Origin: Harriotta raleighana
Lineage: Eukaryota
Length of the DNA stretch: 64,000 nucleotides
Direction: 5' to 3'
Assembly (NCBI GenBank): GCA_050575255.1
Contig: JBNZDD010013725.1
Span: 4,970,550-5,034,549 of the forward strand
In this document: piece by piece, positions 11,291-24,751 of the stretch
Layout of the letters: each line of letters starts with the position of its first letter
How positions within the stretch are numbered: the first letter of the stretch is position 1
The notes under the pieces: model-generated
What the model was told of the DNA's origin: nothing
Databases searched by the model: none
The model's input: the letters and a program-made list of their open reading frames with translations, nothing else
Made by a program: the position numbers and the translations under genes

Positions 11291-13751
11291 GCCATATACA
11301 ACTACTTGGATTTATATAGGGCCCTCCAGGACGAATGGCATCTCAGAGGCTGTTCCTTAACTTATTTGTTTATAGATTTTACTCCAAACTGCCCTCAGAA
11401 TTGCTTCCATTATTTCACATGCCAATGATACTTGGTTAAAGGATCCATATTAGTCATGTGGCTCTCTTTAAATACAAATATTATCTTTACACATTTCTAG
11501 TCCTGGAAAATCTCCAGCGCTCAATGATTCCATTATGATGGCAGCCAGTAACTTCCTCCAGGATCTCCCTCAACCTTCTAGGATTTACTATAAATTCTTC
11601 TGGTTCAAGGACTTCTTGTAATGAACTTTAAATGCTAAGGCTAACAGGTGCTCTATAGTCTCATATTCTACAGCGACTACTTCTAGAAAATATTCACTTA
11701 AGGTCCTAACTCACTGTTCTTTCACGATTGTCTTTGATACTCAAAAAACTTTTACATTTAATCTCAGCATCTGCAGCTATGCTCATCTCCAGGGTCTTCT
11801 TTGCATGCCTGATACACTTTTAACCTGTTTAGCAAATTCCTACTTTCCTCCCAAATTCTCTCCCTCATTTTTCCCTGAAGCCTTTGTACAATTTATCTCC
11901 CTTTATTATTTCCATTGACCTATTTATTCCAGTTTGGAGATTTTTTGATAGTTTACACTTATTTTTTCCTAGGTGTTTACTTGTTTTCACTGTATTGCCA
12001 GGGTACAGTCCTTATGAAACTGACGTCCTGCTTAGGTGCACTTTAAGATCCCATATTCAAAAAGGAAAGATTTTCTCCTCAGATCCCGGTTGATAATCCC
12101 TCAGGTAAAATTGTACATTTACTTTATGGTTATTTATGAGACATTGGAATGTGCAAATGTATCATTTGTCTATGAAATACAGCCACTATGGTGGATGCAG
12201 TGAAGTACTTTGAAACATCCCCATGACATGAAAGGTCCTAAATGGATTGCAAGATTTTTTTCATTCCTTCCCTTGTTCCTTTCAAGTTTTCCTTTTAGGT
12301 ATTGTGTACTTTTGCCCTGAGCCTCACCAGTCACACAATAATCAGAGAATCTGCTGAAAGGTATTCATATCACTTAGTGGTCCCTGGAGTTCCCACTACT
12401 TCTCAATAATGGATGTTGTCTAAATCCCTTGTAAGAACTAGTTCCTCGTTGTGAATTACCTCTTATGGGCAACTCATTGGGATTATATAAAACCACAAAC
12501 TCACCAAAATCTTTATACAGAGTTGTGTACACACAGAATGGATCCAGTCTGAGCAGATCTACCCAAAAAAGATCTACCCCTATAATAATAATCCTTGGAT
12601 TTGATATCGCACCTTATCATCGAGATGTCTCAAAGCACTTCACAGAATGTATTCAAAGTGAACTGACCATATTTTTTTACCAAATGCAATGAGACTTTTC
12701 CTACAACAAAGACTTAACAGTTACTATTTGTCCATTTTTCTGAGGCTAGCGCCTTCTCTAAATTAGAAGGCAATGTTTCTGAATCTTCAATAACTGTAAC
12801 ACTTGGCTCAGGGTTTGCACTGGAGAGACACATTTGTAGTCTTTGGCTGAGAATCAGTTGAGACTTGCTGTGTAATACGTACTAGGACATGAAGCTGAAT
12901 ATTACATTATTTTCAAACCTTTTCACTAGTGATCTGTGAGCCATCTGCTTTCCTGAATCTGGCATGAAAGCAAATGATTAGCGTTGCTATGAGCTCTGCC
13001 AAACTGAGATTTAAATGTCAAAAATCAAAGTAGTGAGTGCTCAAATACTCAACACTGACAACTCACATGTACCTTAGCTCATGCAATAATATATATGTGG
13101 CCATGATACACAGAGATATCTCATGACTAGCTCATTTAGATAGTTGTCCGAAATCGCACAAGCAAAAGTGGGGTGAAAAATATAATAATCGAGTGTGGTG
13201 CCTCTCCCTTAATATCAATCAATCAAAAATCCAAATTATATTTATAGAGCTCCTTTCACGTCGGGATGACATCCCAAAGCACTGTACAGTCAAGTAGGGA
13301 TCAGAGCAGGTAGGAGGAGGAGTCGGTGGAAGGAAAGTAGGAAAAATTGACTGTATATTTGTGGGCGAAAACATGGCAGCCAAATTGCGCACAGCAGTGT
13401 CCCACAAACAGTCATGTAAGTGGGATTAGGATAGAAAGGGGGGAAAGATGGCAAGGGGAGGGATTGGGATAGGGGGAAGGAGAACAGGAAAAAACGACTG
13501 TATATTTGTGGGCAAAATATTCAGCTGTCTACACATATGGAGCCATATTGAGTCTGATTCTTGCCCTTTGCCTCCCTTTATATGTCTGCTTTTAGAGCGT
13601 TCAGCAATTCTTGGCTAATTTTCAATATTCCTTTATAGTGAGGGACATGGAGAAGAGAGAAAGAGGCCCATTCCAATTTCTGCACAACATTTCCATGAAT
13701 AAATTGACTGAAACTGCTATTCTTGAGACAAAATAAAAATTATAGAGTCCA

Positions 13752-14054
13752 GAAGCTCAAAGATTAGAGCACTTGCCTTGCAAGTGAGAGACTTGGGTTC
13801 AATTCGTGGGCAGGGCGAAACCTTGGGCCCGTTTCTTTACTCTACACAACTGATAAAAATCCCTCGACAAAAAAAACAATAATAAATTGGTTATTTCAAC
13901 CCACAACTGTTTGTGGGACACTGTTGTGCCCAATTGACTGCCATGTTTCACCCATAAATATACAGTCAATTCACCTTACAGTATATTTTGTGAAGTGCTT
14001 TGAGATGTCTAGAAGACGTGAAAAGCGCTATATTAAATGCAAGGATTATTATTC
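13752..14054 (+). mobile_element. tRNA-derived SINE, short subfamily
   Basis: Head, body and (TTA)n tail align with 584-904. Confidence 0.85.
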
Positions 14055-17000
14055 TTAAAATACAGGTTGATTTTCCTCTCCTTGTGTATAAGCATGACAT
14101 CCACACCCCAATTGCAATTGCAACATCCACACACCAACATCTCTCTCCACCTGAGAACAGCTGAGCACAAACCAGGGGTAAGACCAGGGGTAAAGGTGAT
14201 TCTAACTTCAAACAGCCAGTATATTTACCCTCTACATCCCAACAAGCAAGTGTTTTTAACTCTATCGCTGTAAGCATTCGGAAATCTCTTTACTCACGCA
14301 ATTTCCCAAAGCTTGGTGACCAACACATTTTTCACAATTTCAGCAGGCTGGAGGTTGCCTTCCTCAGATGTCTCTCAACTAAAAATAATAATTTGGTCAC
14401 TTCAATCCATGACTGTTTGTGTGAAACTGCTGTGCGCAATTGGCTGCTGCGAATCGCCCAAAAACATGTGCAGTCAATTCATGTTATAGTATATTCTATG
14501 AGCGATTTGAGCCTTTTAGAAGATGTGAAAAGTGCTATACCAAATGCAAAGATTATTATTACCCAACTAGAGGGTGCATAGATGCAGTTATTATTATTAT
14601 AAACTACTTAACCAGTATTGCATTCCTTCCTCCAATCCAAATCACAATCTTGTAAAGACCCTCTGTTTTTACAATGTATATTTTCTTCCAATTCACCAGA
14701 TGACTATACTCCTTTGAAAAGGATCTGGGGGTAATCTTCTGTCACAGTATTCAGCTACCAACCCACAAATGCTTCTCTGGGACCTAGAACTACACAGCAA
14801 CTTGAAAGGAACTTTTACTGCATTCCAAATCACTCTGAAAAATTTCTCGCAAGTACAATTCTTAATGTAAAATCATCTCCAACAAAGCAAATCTGCTGAG
14901 TTGCGCCCCACTAAAGGAGGGCAATTAGACGGTCAGTCAAGCATTGACTGGGAACTGCTTATGAACAGTTTCAGAGCATCAACCATGACAGTGGGAGAAA
15001 AGATCAGCTCAAATTTTATGGAGCCTTGGATTGTAAGACTATTTGTCTTTATTTAAATTTACCTTCAACAAATAATTAAAAATAATTTTAAACATCCATA
15101 ATTACAGGCTATATTAAATAAACATAAATTGAGGAGTAAGGGAATTACATTGCCACCTTAAGTTGAGTTGCCAAAATATTATTGCTCTCCTACTTTTCAC
15201 GTGAGCTGACCTGAGAAGTGTGATGGATTCATTACCTCTCTGAATTTAAAATTGCTTGCTACCTACTATTCAATACTGAGGGATGTGCTCTTACTACTGC
15301 AATATGTAATGAGGCAAAGCCATGAGGGAGAAGCATAAAGTGTCAATCAGAGAGAGATTCGCACATCTCTGCAGAGGGAAATTTAGAAAGGTGGCTGGAG
15401 TAACAAAGAATGGATAGGAACTAGAGGGTGCATAGATGCAGTTAACCCTCTTCTAAAGCAGAGGCTTTAGCATTAGGGAGAGTTCTGTGAAGGTAGATAA
15501 AGCTGACCTGAGGAACTTCTGGAACTCCACGCAAATTGAAAACACACAATTAATCCATCATACACAGCACACAAACTAAGGGGAAAATGTTGCAAAGATA
15601 CAGAAGCAATGTAATGGAACAGAATCTAAACATAAAACAAATGACAGCAGCCAAAAATTGGGGGAGGGTTTATTTACCCCAGAAAACACTCTCTCAACAA
15701 CAACTGACTGATAACGGNCAAAAATTGGGGGAGGGTTTATTTACCCCAGAAAACACTCTCTCAACAACTGACTGATAACGAGGTTCCTACTTACTACTAG
15801 GTAAACAGGGGTATGTGGAGTAAAGAAACTTGCCTGGGAATCAAATCCGGGTCCTCTCACAACTGCGCTCCAAGGCTCCTAAATTGTGAAACTACAGTAG
15901 TAGGAAAGTCAATCACTTACATTTATGTACTGTCCAACAAGTGCACAAATGTCTCGGGATTTCTGTATCGTGATGGAGAAGCGCGCCTAGTGATTGGGGA
16001 GGGGGGAAGGAGGCCATGNATTGTGAAACTACAGTAGTAGGAAAGTCAATCACTTACATTTATGTACTGCCCAACAAGTGCACAAATGTCTCGGGAGTTC
16101 TGTATCGTGGTGGAGAAGTGCGCCTAGTGATTGGGGAGGGGGGAAGGAGACCATANGATTTCTGTATCGTGATGGAGAAGCGCGCCTAGTGATTGGGGAG
16201 GGGGGAAGGAGGCCATGGGCACAGTCATAAAGTTTTCAGATAAAATTTCAAGATAGATGAAGAGGGGCCAAGATGGAGGGGTTGAAACATGGAGTTCTAG
16301 AGATTAAGAAATCATGTTAAATGTTTTATGGGTGTTGCTACAGAATACATAATCACAACACTATGAAATGGTTTCGTTCTCCAGGTTACTTCGGTAATAC
16401 CATAATTTTGAGCATTTAAAGATTTTGTATTCTTATTTTTAATGGGTAGAATTAAATATCTGCTGGTTGGGTTAAATTAAAAATAGCAATGATTGAGTGC
16501 TGAATTGGATGTTAGGAGAAACCACTATCAAGAAGGGAGATTTAGAGGGACAACCAGCTCCAAACCAGTATTCAGGTACAAGAACAAGTGCAAATCAAGT
16601 ATCTTGTGATAATTATGTTTATTACATAAACAAAGGCATATCTGCATCAACCCAGAGCAGATGGGGAAAGACATTAAGCAGAGGAATGCTTGCAGAATAT
16701 CTCAATGATCCAGATGTTTAAAATATTGACATCTTTTCATTTAAGTATAAGGGGGTTGGGAATATCGAAAATTGAGTGGAACACAAAGTCACCTGTAACA
16801 AGAATAGAAATAGTATCAACAAAGGATGCAAAGTTACATGAGTTATTAACTGGAGTCAGTAATTCAGGAGATGGAGCTACAACCTATGACACGCAAATGA
16901 CTACCGTAGCAACAATTCACAAAACTGGCAGAGCTGTGGATTTTAGTTAGCCTTTCCTTCTATCTTGCAAAGGCTGAAGCCAGCAATACTTGGTAAATCT

Positions 17001-17229
17001 GGGGATAATCAGACAGGTTGCAAGCAAGCATTTATGTTAAGAAGCATAACAGAGAGATCAACTGAACTCCAGAGACCAGTCTTTTGGTTTTCTAAAGGTT
17101 GCAAATAACTTTCCGATTCTGCACAGCAAAAAAACATCTGATGAAAGAATCTCAAGAGCTATGAAATACCCAAATAAATCATAACCATCGAAAGAAGACA
17201 TAAAAAGAATATGCGAAGAGAAATGGAAT

Positions 17230-17470
17230 GCTGTGCAAAGGCAGGGGGCAAGCTACGAAACTGTTTTTACTGAAAACAGTTGCGAGACAAGAATGCTTCC
17301 TTTCACCAGTGCACTCCAATCTTTAATAGCAGGGCTACACAAGAAAGATGGAAAACATCTGGGATTTACATGGATGAAGGACAGAAAATTAACAGATTTA
17401 GATTCGCCGGATAATATAGTACGCTTTTCTGCAAAAACTAACAACCTGCAACCTGAATATACCCAACCTA
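17230..17470 (+). mobile_element. Highly degraded RTE-clade-like LINE RT remnant
   Basis: Frameshifted motifs VARQECFLSP (cf. GVRQGCILSP) and GFTW..KLTDLDSPDNIV (cf. LTDLDFADDI). May extend upstream to ~16500. Confidence 0.5.
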
Positions 17471-19660
17471 AGTGTTAAAGCAAATGTTCCCTGGCTGAAT
17501 TCAACCAACAGTAAAAATGTAGGTGGCAGAATTGTTGCGAGTACAGTCCCTTTTTTAACGAGAAGTTAAATCAAGGAGTTTTCAGATTGATATTTAATTT
17601 GATGCACACATGAAGGGAGAAGGGATATAGAGGGAATCGGAGAGGGGATTCGGAGGGCTGGAAGCTTGCATGCAGTGTAATCATAGCATGGACTCGCTGG
17701 GCTGAATGACTCGTTTCTGTGCTGATTTGATGTAATTAAACATCCCAGGTCACTTTTTAGAAAAAGGGAATTATTCCAGGTTTCACCAAAACTCCTCTAG
17801 CTTAACTCAATCACTCATTCGGTGACTATTTATTGTTGTGCAAAAACAACATATGTATTTGCATGCAGTTCTGATTATAGTGACTTAAGGGGGGCACCCA
17901 GGCCCTAGAGGCAGTGCAGAAAACAATGAGGAATGGACTATAAGCAACGGTTTGACAACCTCAGGCTCTTCAGTTTTGACAGAAGATAACTCAGAGGAGA
18001 CTTTATGGAATTGCATTCGTTTCTAAATAGGATTGATCAAGTAAATCCAGTACAATACTTCAGGATGCACCATTTGTTTAAAGTTCTACAGTGCAATTTC
18101 AGAGCAGATACCAAGAAGATTTTCTTTACTCAGAGGCTAATTCATGTCTGGAAACAGGATGGCTAAGGAAGGTGGGTGAGGCCAGGACGTTAAAAACAGT
18201 TTGATGTTGTGATGCGAGGAGGTAGAGTGGGTGTTCTGGAAGGATGAGATCAGATGAGCCGAAGGGCATTCGTCATCTGAACTAAATCTTGTAATCACCT
18301 ATGAAGAACCTGAAGTGGTTGATGATAAGGGGCAATACAAAATGTAAGTTACCTGTGTAGTTACATCAGATAGTTAGCCTTCAATTTAAACTGTGTGCAC
18401 ACTGCCAAAAGCAAAGTGATATCATTCCCAACAGGATAAACACAGCATAAAATTTCAATTAACGTTCTTCACTTAAGAGACATGAGACATCACATCAGCC
18501 TCTCCATTTTCAAAAGCAAAAGCCCAGATTGATCTAAAACTGACAAAATTCATATTTTATTCTCCATATATACAACACTCCATTTGTAATAACACACCTC
18601 AGTGAGAAGCTGTCAAGTATGGAATTTAACACGGATAATAATAACATAATAATAATCCTTCCATTTGATTTAGTGCCTTCTCACGTCATTCAGACATTTC
18701 AAAATGCTTCACAGAATACAACAACAACAAAATCACACTTACAGTGCCTTTCACATCAGGAGAATGTCCCAAGGAGCTAGAAGAATATATTGTAAAGTGG
18801 AGTTACTGTGTATTTTATAAGGCAATCATGGATGCCAATTGGGTACAGGAGTGTGCAGTAAACAGCCAAAGATTGAGTTGACCAAATATTTAACCAAGTT
18901 AATTATCCCAGAAAATGATCCGCCAATCAACCAACAACCAGGTTCCTATTTAATGCTCGGTAAAAAGAGGTGTGGAGTTAATGGCACTTATCATTTACTA
19001 GACAAAGCCACTTGTTGGGGCGGGGGGTACATGTAAAGAAGATGACTACAGTCAGAGACTTAGGTTTTAAGGTGCCTTAAAGACAGTTGGTTGCCTGGGG
19101 AGAGGAGGGGGTGCGGGGGGAAGGCTGCAGATGGTGAGATGGAACAGTAGAGAGGCTTGGGAGTTTTTTTTAATAGGTATCTTCAATGTAATAGTTCCAG
19201 AAACATTTTGTAACACAAAGGGAGCCAGTATCTGATGTAAAAGCATTTCACCGGCTGGGCAAAATGTTGGGCAAGTTTACTCACTCCACATGGCTCTGTT
19301 TACCTACCAATAAGTAGGAAACCAGCTGTTAGTCAATTGGCAGATCACTTTTCCGGGGGTAATAATTCTTTCAAAAAACAATTGATCACTTCAATCCACG
19401 GATGTTTGTGGGACACTGCTGTGCGCAATTGGCTGCCGCGTTTTGATAACAAAATGGGTGACCGTAAGCATGGTTGAAAAGGAAGGTTTTCAGGTGGTAC
19501 TTGAAAAAAGAGAGATCAGGAACAAGGTGGAGGGATTGAGGGAGAATGTTCCAGATTTTTAGGGTGTAGTGGCTGAATGTGTGACCTCCAATGGTGAAGC
19601 GGAGGGCGCGACGGCCAACCAGAAGACTGAAATTTTTATGGAACACATACATTCTGCAAT

Positions 19661-20298
19661 AACAATAAGAACACAAGAATTAGGAGCAGGAGTAGGCCAT
19701 TCAGCCCTTCAAGCCTGCCCCGCCATTCAATAAGATCATGGCTGATCTTCTGACCTAACTAATTACCTGCCCTATCCCCATATCCCCTAATCCCTCTATT
19801 TTTAAAAAATAGATCAGTCTCAGCCTTAAAAATGTTCAAGGACTGAGCATCTACAGCCTTCTGGGGTATTGAATTCCATAAATTCCATAAATTCACTACT
19901 CTGAGTGAAGAAATGTTTCCTCCACTCAGTTCTTAAAGGCTGACCCTTAATTTTAAGACTGTGAACCCTGGTTATAGATTCTCCTACCAGGGGAAACAAT
20001 CCCTCAGTGTCTATTTTATCCAGCCCTTTAAGAATCTTATATGTTTCATTAAGATCCCCCCTAATTCTTCTGTACTCTAGAGAATACAGCCCTAGTTTAT
20101 TCAACCTATCCACATAGGTCAGTCCCCTCATCCCAGAAACTAACCTTGTGAATCTATGTTGCACCCTCTCTTAGGCAAGTATGTCCTTTTTTAAATAAGG
20201 AGACTAAAACTGCACACAATACTCTAGGTTTGGTCTCACCAAAGCCCTATACAGTTGCAGCAAGACTTCCCTACTCTTGTACTCTAAATCTTTTAAAA
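19661..20298 (-). mobile_element. CR1 LINE 3' fragment
   Basis: ORF 19826-20164 (RFTRLVSGMRGLTYVDRLNKLGLYSLEYRRIRGDL..TYKILKG) is a CR1 ORF2 C-terminus, followed by the 3' UTR ggctgaatggcctactcctgctcc. Confidence 0.92.
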
Positions 20299-20542
20299 TT
20301 AGACTTCCCCTCACATAGATGAACTGCCGGGAGGAGTGGAAATGCAGCATAAATTGTCCTATGTATATTTTGCTGGTGAGAATGTTAACTCATAAGTTCC
20401 AAGTAAATTGTAGAGAACACCCTCATCAGTGAAATACAAATAACATTTAACACTAACTCATTATTTGTTCAATGTGTAAAATCATTCAATAGCCATTTGT
20501 TGAAAATACATCTCAAATGCTGAAGACTGTTCTTTATAATTA

Positions 20543-21166
20543 TAATAATCCTTGCACTTGATTATAGCGCTTTTCACATCTTCTAGACATCTCAAAGCGC
20601 CTCACAGAATATACTGTAAAGTAAAACAAAAACAGAAGTTGCCTGGAACACTCAGCAGGTCTACGGAGAAAGGAAAAGTGAGTGAACGTTTCGGGTCCAC
20701 GACCCTTCATTAGAACTGGGAGGAAGAGGCTTTTAAGGATTAACAGAGAGGGGGAAAGCAGGGCAAGGAAGACAAAGGGGAAAATGAGGCAGAGGGCAGG
20801 AGATGATGGGTTAAAGAGGTGTTAATGTTGTGAAACAAAAGTGGGAATTGCGACAAAACTAGAGAGAAGAGGTGTTAATAACATTAAAACAAAAAGGGGT
20901 GAAATTGCCAAAGAACAGGCATGTACATACTGCAAAGTGAATTGACTGTATCTTTTGTGGGCGAAACGCGGCTGCCAATTACGCATGGCAGTGTCTCACA
21001 AACAATCAGAGATTGAATTGTCCAAATTATTATTGGTTTTTTTTCTTGAGGGATTATTATTAGGCATATGGAAAAAGCAAACTTGCCTAAGGTTTCGCCC
21101 TGCCTGGAATCGAACCCTGGTCTCTCGGACGAGGCGAGTGCTCTAACCACTGAGCTACGCGACTTC
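20543..21166 (-). mobile_element. tRNA-derived SINE (short subfamily) interrupted by a 304-bp insertion
   Basis: SINE tail at 20543-20622; body and head resume at 20927-21166. Confidence 0.88.
20623..20926 (-). mobile_element. Penelope-like element terminal fragment with hammerhead-ribozyme-like motif
   Basis: Flanked by a 12-bp duplication (atactgtaaagt / atactgcaaagt); minus strand contains ctaatgaagggtcgtggacccgaaacgtt...cctgctgagtgttccaggcaacttctgtttttg, resembling Penelope pLTR sequence. Confidence 0.7.
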
Positions 21167-22924
21167 ACAAATCATGGTACATCTGCAGTGATGTTAATGT
21201 GTCCATCTGTCTCAGTCAGTGGTACTCTCGCGGCCGAGTCAGAAAGTTGTGGGTACAATAACAACAACAACTTGCATGCATAAAGCGCCCCTCATGCGGG
21301 ATAGCATCCCAGAGCGCTTGAGTTCCAATAAAACTTAGAACTTGTATGGTCTAAACTGATACTCCAATGCAATCCTGGGAGTGTGGATGCATGTCGGATG
21401 TGCCCAAACGAAATGTTAAATTAAAGTCTCGACTACCTGTCTAGGTGGCCTTCAAAGATCCCATGGCCCAACTCAAAAAGAGTCGGGAATTTCTCCCAAT
21501 GTCCTGGCTAACAATCTCCCAAATGAAACTGGACACTAACTCCATGGCTGTTTGAGGGATATTGCTGCATTCAAATTTGCCCACAAAGCCACATCACTTT
21601 ATAGTGCATCTTGCAAATTGCTTTGAGACGTCCTAACGATGTGATAAGGTACTGTATAATGAAAGGATTATTATTCTGATTATGTCTGAGATTTTGTTGA
21701 CTGCTCATTAATTGGTGATTCACCTCGTGATTGTTCGCAGGACCTTACTGTGTACAAATAGCTGCTGCATCTGCACATTAAATTGTAAGTGCTTTCTCAC
21801 ACCAAAGAGTGGCAAGTCCCAAATCCTGGCCTCCTTCCAATGACTGGATTTCTGCACTTTAAAGTACGGTAATCACTGTTCTAATGTCGAATGAATCAAA
21901 CAGCAGCATTGCACTGAGCACATGCAGTGAACACGGGGAATAACGGAATTATTATCTGTGGCTGAATAGCTCTGATGATAATGGGGGAGTGATTGGACTT
22001 GGTGCAGTTTAAATTATCAAGGGTCATTGAGGACACATTTCTATCGGCCTTCTTTCCTTTGCTGAAACATTGAAAGGCCAACGCAACAGATTAAGGCAGA
22101 TCTGGTTACTAGACCATGTCCACAATAAGGGGTTTATAAACAGATGACCATTTGGCTTGTGTGTGAGGCAACTTTAGCATTTCCTCCTATGGTGATGACC
22201 TTGGGAGATTTGTGCTTGGTAAAACATTGAGGTTTTGGGGAACAGAAAGCATTCCGAATCTTACAGCAAAGAAATAAACCATTTGAGTCTGTGCTGGTGA
22301 TTTACTCAAGTGAGACACATAGACTAATCCCACTCTTCCACTTGTTGCGCTGATACTTCAACAGTGGTCTTTTTCATCATCGCACACATATATACAGTCA
22401 ATTTACTTTACAGTATATTCTGTGAAGCTCTTTGAGACATCTACAACAACAACAAAATTACATTTATAGAGACGTCCCAAGGCTCTGAAAGATGTGAAAA
22501 GCACTAAATCAAATGCAAGGATTATTATTATTTAACTAAATCTCTCTTAAAGTAATTTACAGACTCTCGACTCCTCAGTGGCAGAGATTGCCACATTCCA
22601 ACCATCCTCTGGCCATCAAGGAAGCACAAGGAAAGCAATTTTCTGATGCAGTTATTAAGTTCACGTAGTGCAAATAGTACTTTGTTTTAGTCACACCATT
22701 CAATGGACTAGTAATGTACAAAGGCTTGGTCATATTTTCCAAATAGGGAACTAACCTCCTCCAGCAATATAAAATCATACACAGATGTTCTTCAATAAGA
22801 GTAATCACCTCAGACACATTTAAAGGCTACCTGATGCTACTGGCTCGCACAAAGCAGCTCAACTAAGTCCAACGTAATACACCATTGAACTTCAAAACAC
22901 TAAGTATTTTCTTAACACTGTGCC

Positions 22925-23125
22925 AATAATATATAGTAATAATCCTAGCATTTGATATAGCACTTTTCATATCTTCTAGATGTCTCAAAGCGCTTTACAG
23001 AATATATTGTAAAGTGAATTGAGAGTATATTTGTGAGTGAAACGCGGCAGCCAATTATGCACAACAGTGTCCCACAAACAGTCATGGACTGAAGTGACCA
23101 ATTATTTTTATTGTTTTTTGGTATT
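22925..23125 (-). mobile_element. SINE 3' half
   Basis: Reverse complement of SINE body and tail. Confidence 0.8.
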
Positions 23126-23361
23126 TTGATTAGTCATTTTCTTCACCGTTGTCTGTGGCACATTGGTGTGTTCAAATTGGGGTTGCATTTACCTACAAAA
23201 GTTAGTTATTAACCTTTACAGTAAAATCCCGTGAAGCGCTTTTGAGATTTCCTCACGATATAAAAAACACTATAACAAATGCAACAAATTTTTTTATTGT
23301 AGATAATAAGCAACCTCCCTCAGGAAGTTGATAGTCAGGTAGTCAGGACTCCCTTCCTCCT

Positions 23362-23661
23362 GGAATCCTGTAGCTCAGTAGTTAGAGCACTCGCCTTACA
23401 AGTGAGAGACCTGGGTTTGATTCCCGGCAGGTCAGGGAGAAACCTTGGCAAGTTTCCTTACTCCATACGCCTGATAATAATCCCTCAAAAAAACAACAAT
23501 AAATTGGTCATTTGAATCCACGACAGTTTGTGGGACATTGCTGTGTGCAATTGGCTGCCGTGTTTCGCCCACAAATATGCAGTCAATTCACTTTACAGTA
23601 TATTCTGTGAAGTGCTTTGTGATCTTTGAAAAGATCAAATGCAAGGATTATTATTATTATT
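23362..23661 (+). mobile_element. tRNA-derived SINE, full length, short subfamily
   Basis: tgtagctcagtagttagagcactcgcc...gggtttgattcccggc...gcaaggattattattattatt. Confidence 0.9.
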
Positions 23662-24751
23662 GTTAATAACATGGATCAACATCATTGTAAAGCTTAGCTC
23701 CTCATAAAGGACACGGCTGACTAGGCTTTGGATACTGTTCAGGTATCTGGAGAGATCTGTTAGCATTTCCCCTCTAGTACGCCTGGATAGAATGCAAGAG
23801 ACTTGAAGTCTGGTAAGTGATCCTTCTCCAGCCTCTACATCTTCCATCTCATACGCTCTGGTCTTTTTCCATTTTGTCAATACTATAGTGGTAATGGAGC
23901 ATTGGGAAGAGAGGCAATGGGAAGCAGTAGCTGGAGACTAACGTAGGGTATAATCAGCAGCATGGACTGGTTGGACTGAAAGGCCCATTTCCGTGTTACA
24001 CATTCTCTCTGTAAATTGCTCCTTTAAGCTTTCCTCATAAATCGTAAATAAATATCCTAACAGATTTTGCCTCTTCCCTGCATCCTCATTCTATTGAAAT
24101 CAAATATCACATTGCGTTGTATTCAATGAATCCTTTCCCCATACTTCAAGGTTGAGGAACTTTTACCTTTGTTCTAAGTGACACGTTTTTACAACCTAAA
24201 TCTGGTATTTTGGTGAGAGTGCAGATCATCAATATCAGATATTTGTCTTTTTATTTTTCCTGGTATCAATTGAAAAGGATGTGGAATAGTCATCACAAAC
24301 TCTTCCACTCCTCTCTTATACTGCGGAGAATTTAAAGATTTAATTCCTGTGCAAGAAGTACAAGAGGTCTCAATCCATTTCTTAAAAATGATTAAAAGTG
24401 CTGAACAGGGAGGACTCAGCAATTTTGAGTATTGTCCATGCTTACATTCAGCATCCATGAAATCATATGCAAAAGACTTCAGGCGGTTTGGCATAATGCC
24501 AGCACATTTTCATAAGCTGCGTTTTTAAAGATGACATCTCTTAGATCTCATTATCCTGAGTATCTCATATCTCTTCTCCTGTCTTTCACTCTCGGCTGAT
24601 TATTTATTAAGCATCTTGAAATTTCAAAACATCATACATCATATAAAAGAATGTAGATGGATCATTAGTCAGATCAAGTTTGAGAGAGAGGCCAGAATCT
24701 ATAAAATAATAAGTTTCAGTCGGACTTTTGTATCAAATTACTTTAATCTCA

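Noticed and set aside
15652-16216. Apparent tandem repeats around single n bases at 15718, 16019 and 16156
   Set aside because: Each n separates two near-identical overlapping copies, the signature of contig or haplotype overlaps joined during scaffolding. Most likely an assembly artefact, not a repeat array.
24189-24596. 101-aa minus-strand ORF and nearby cag|CCGAGAGTGA as an alternative PARD3 exon
   Set aside because: No recognisable protein similarity; the acceptor lacks a polypyrimidine tract (ttaataaataatcag).
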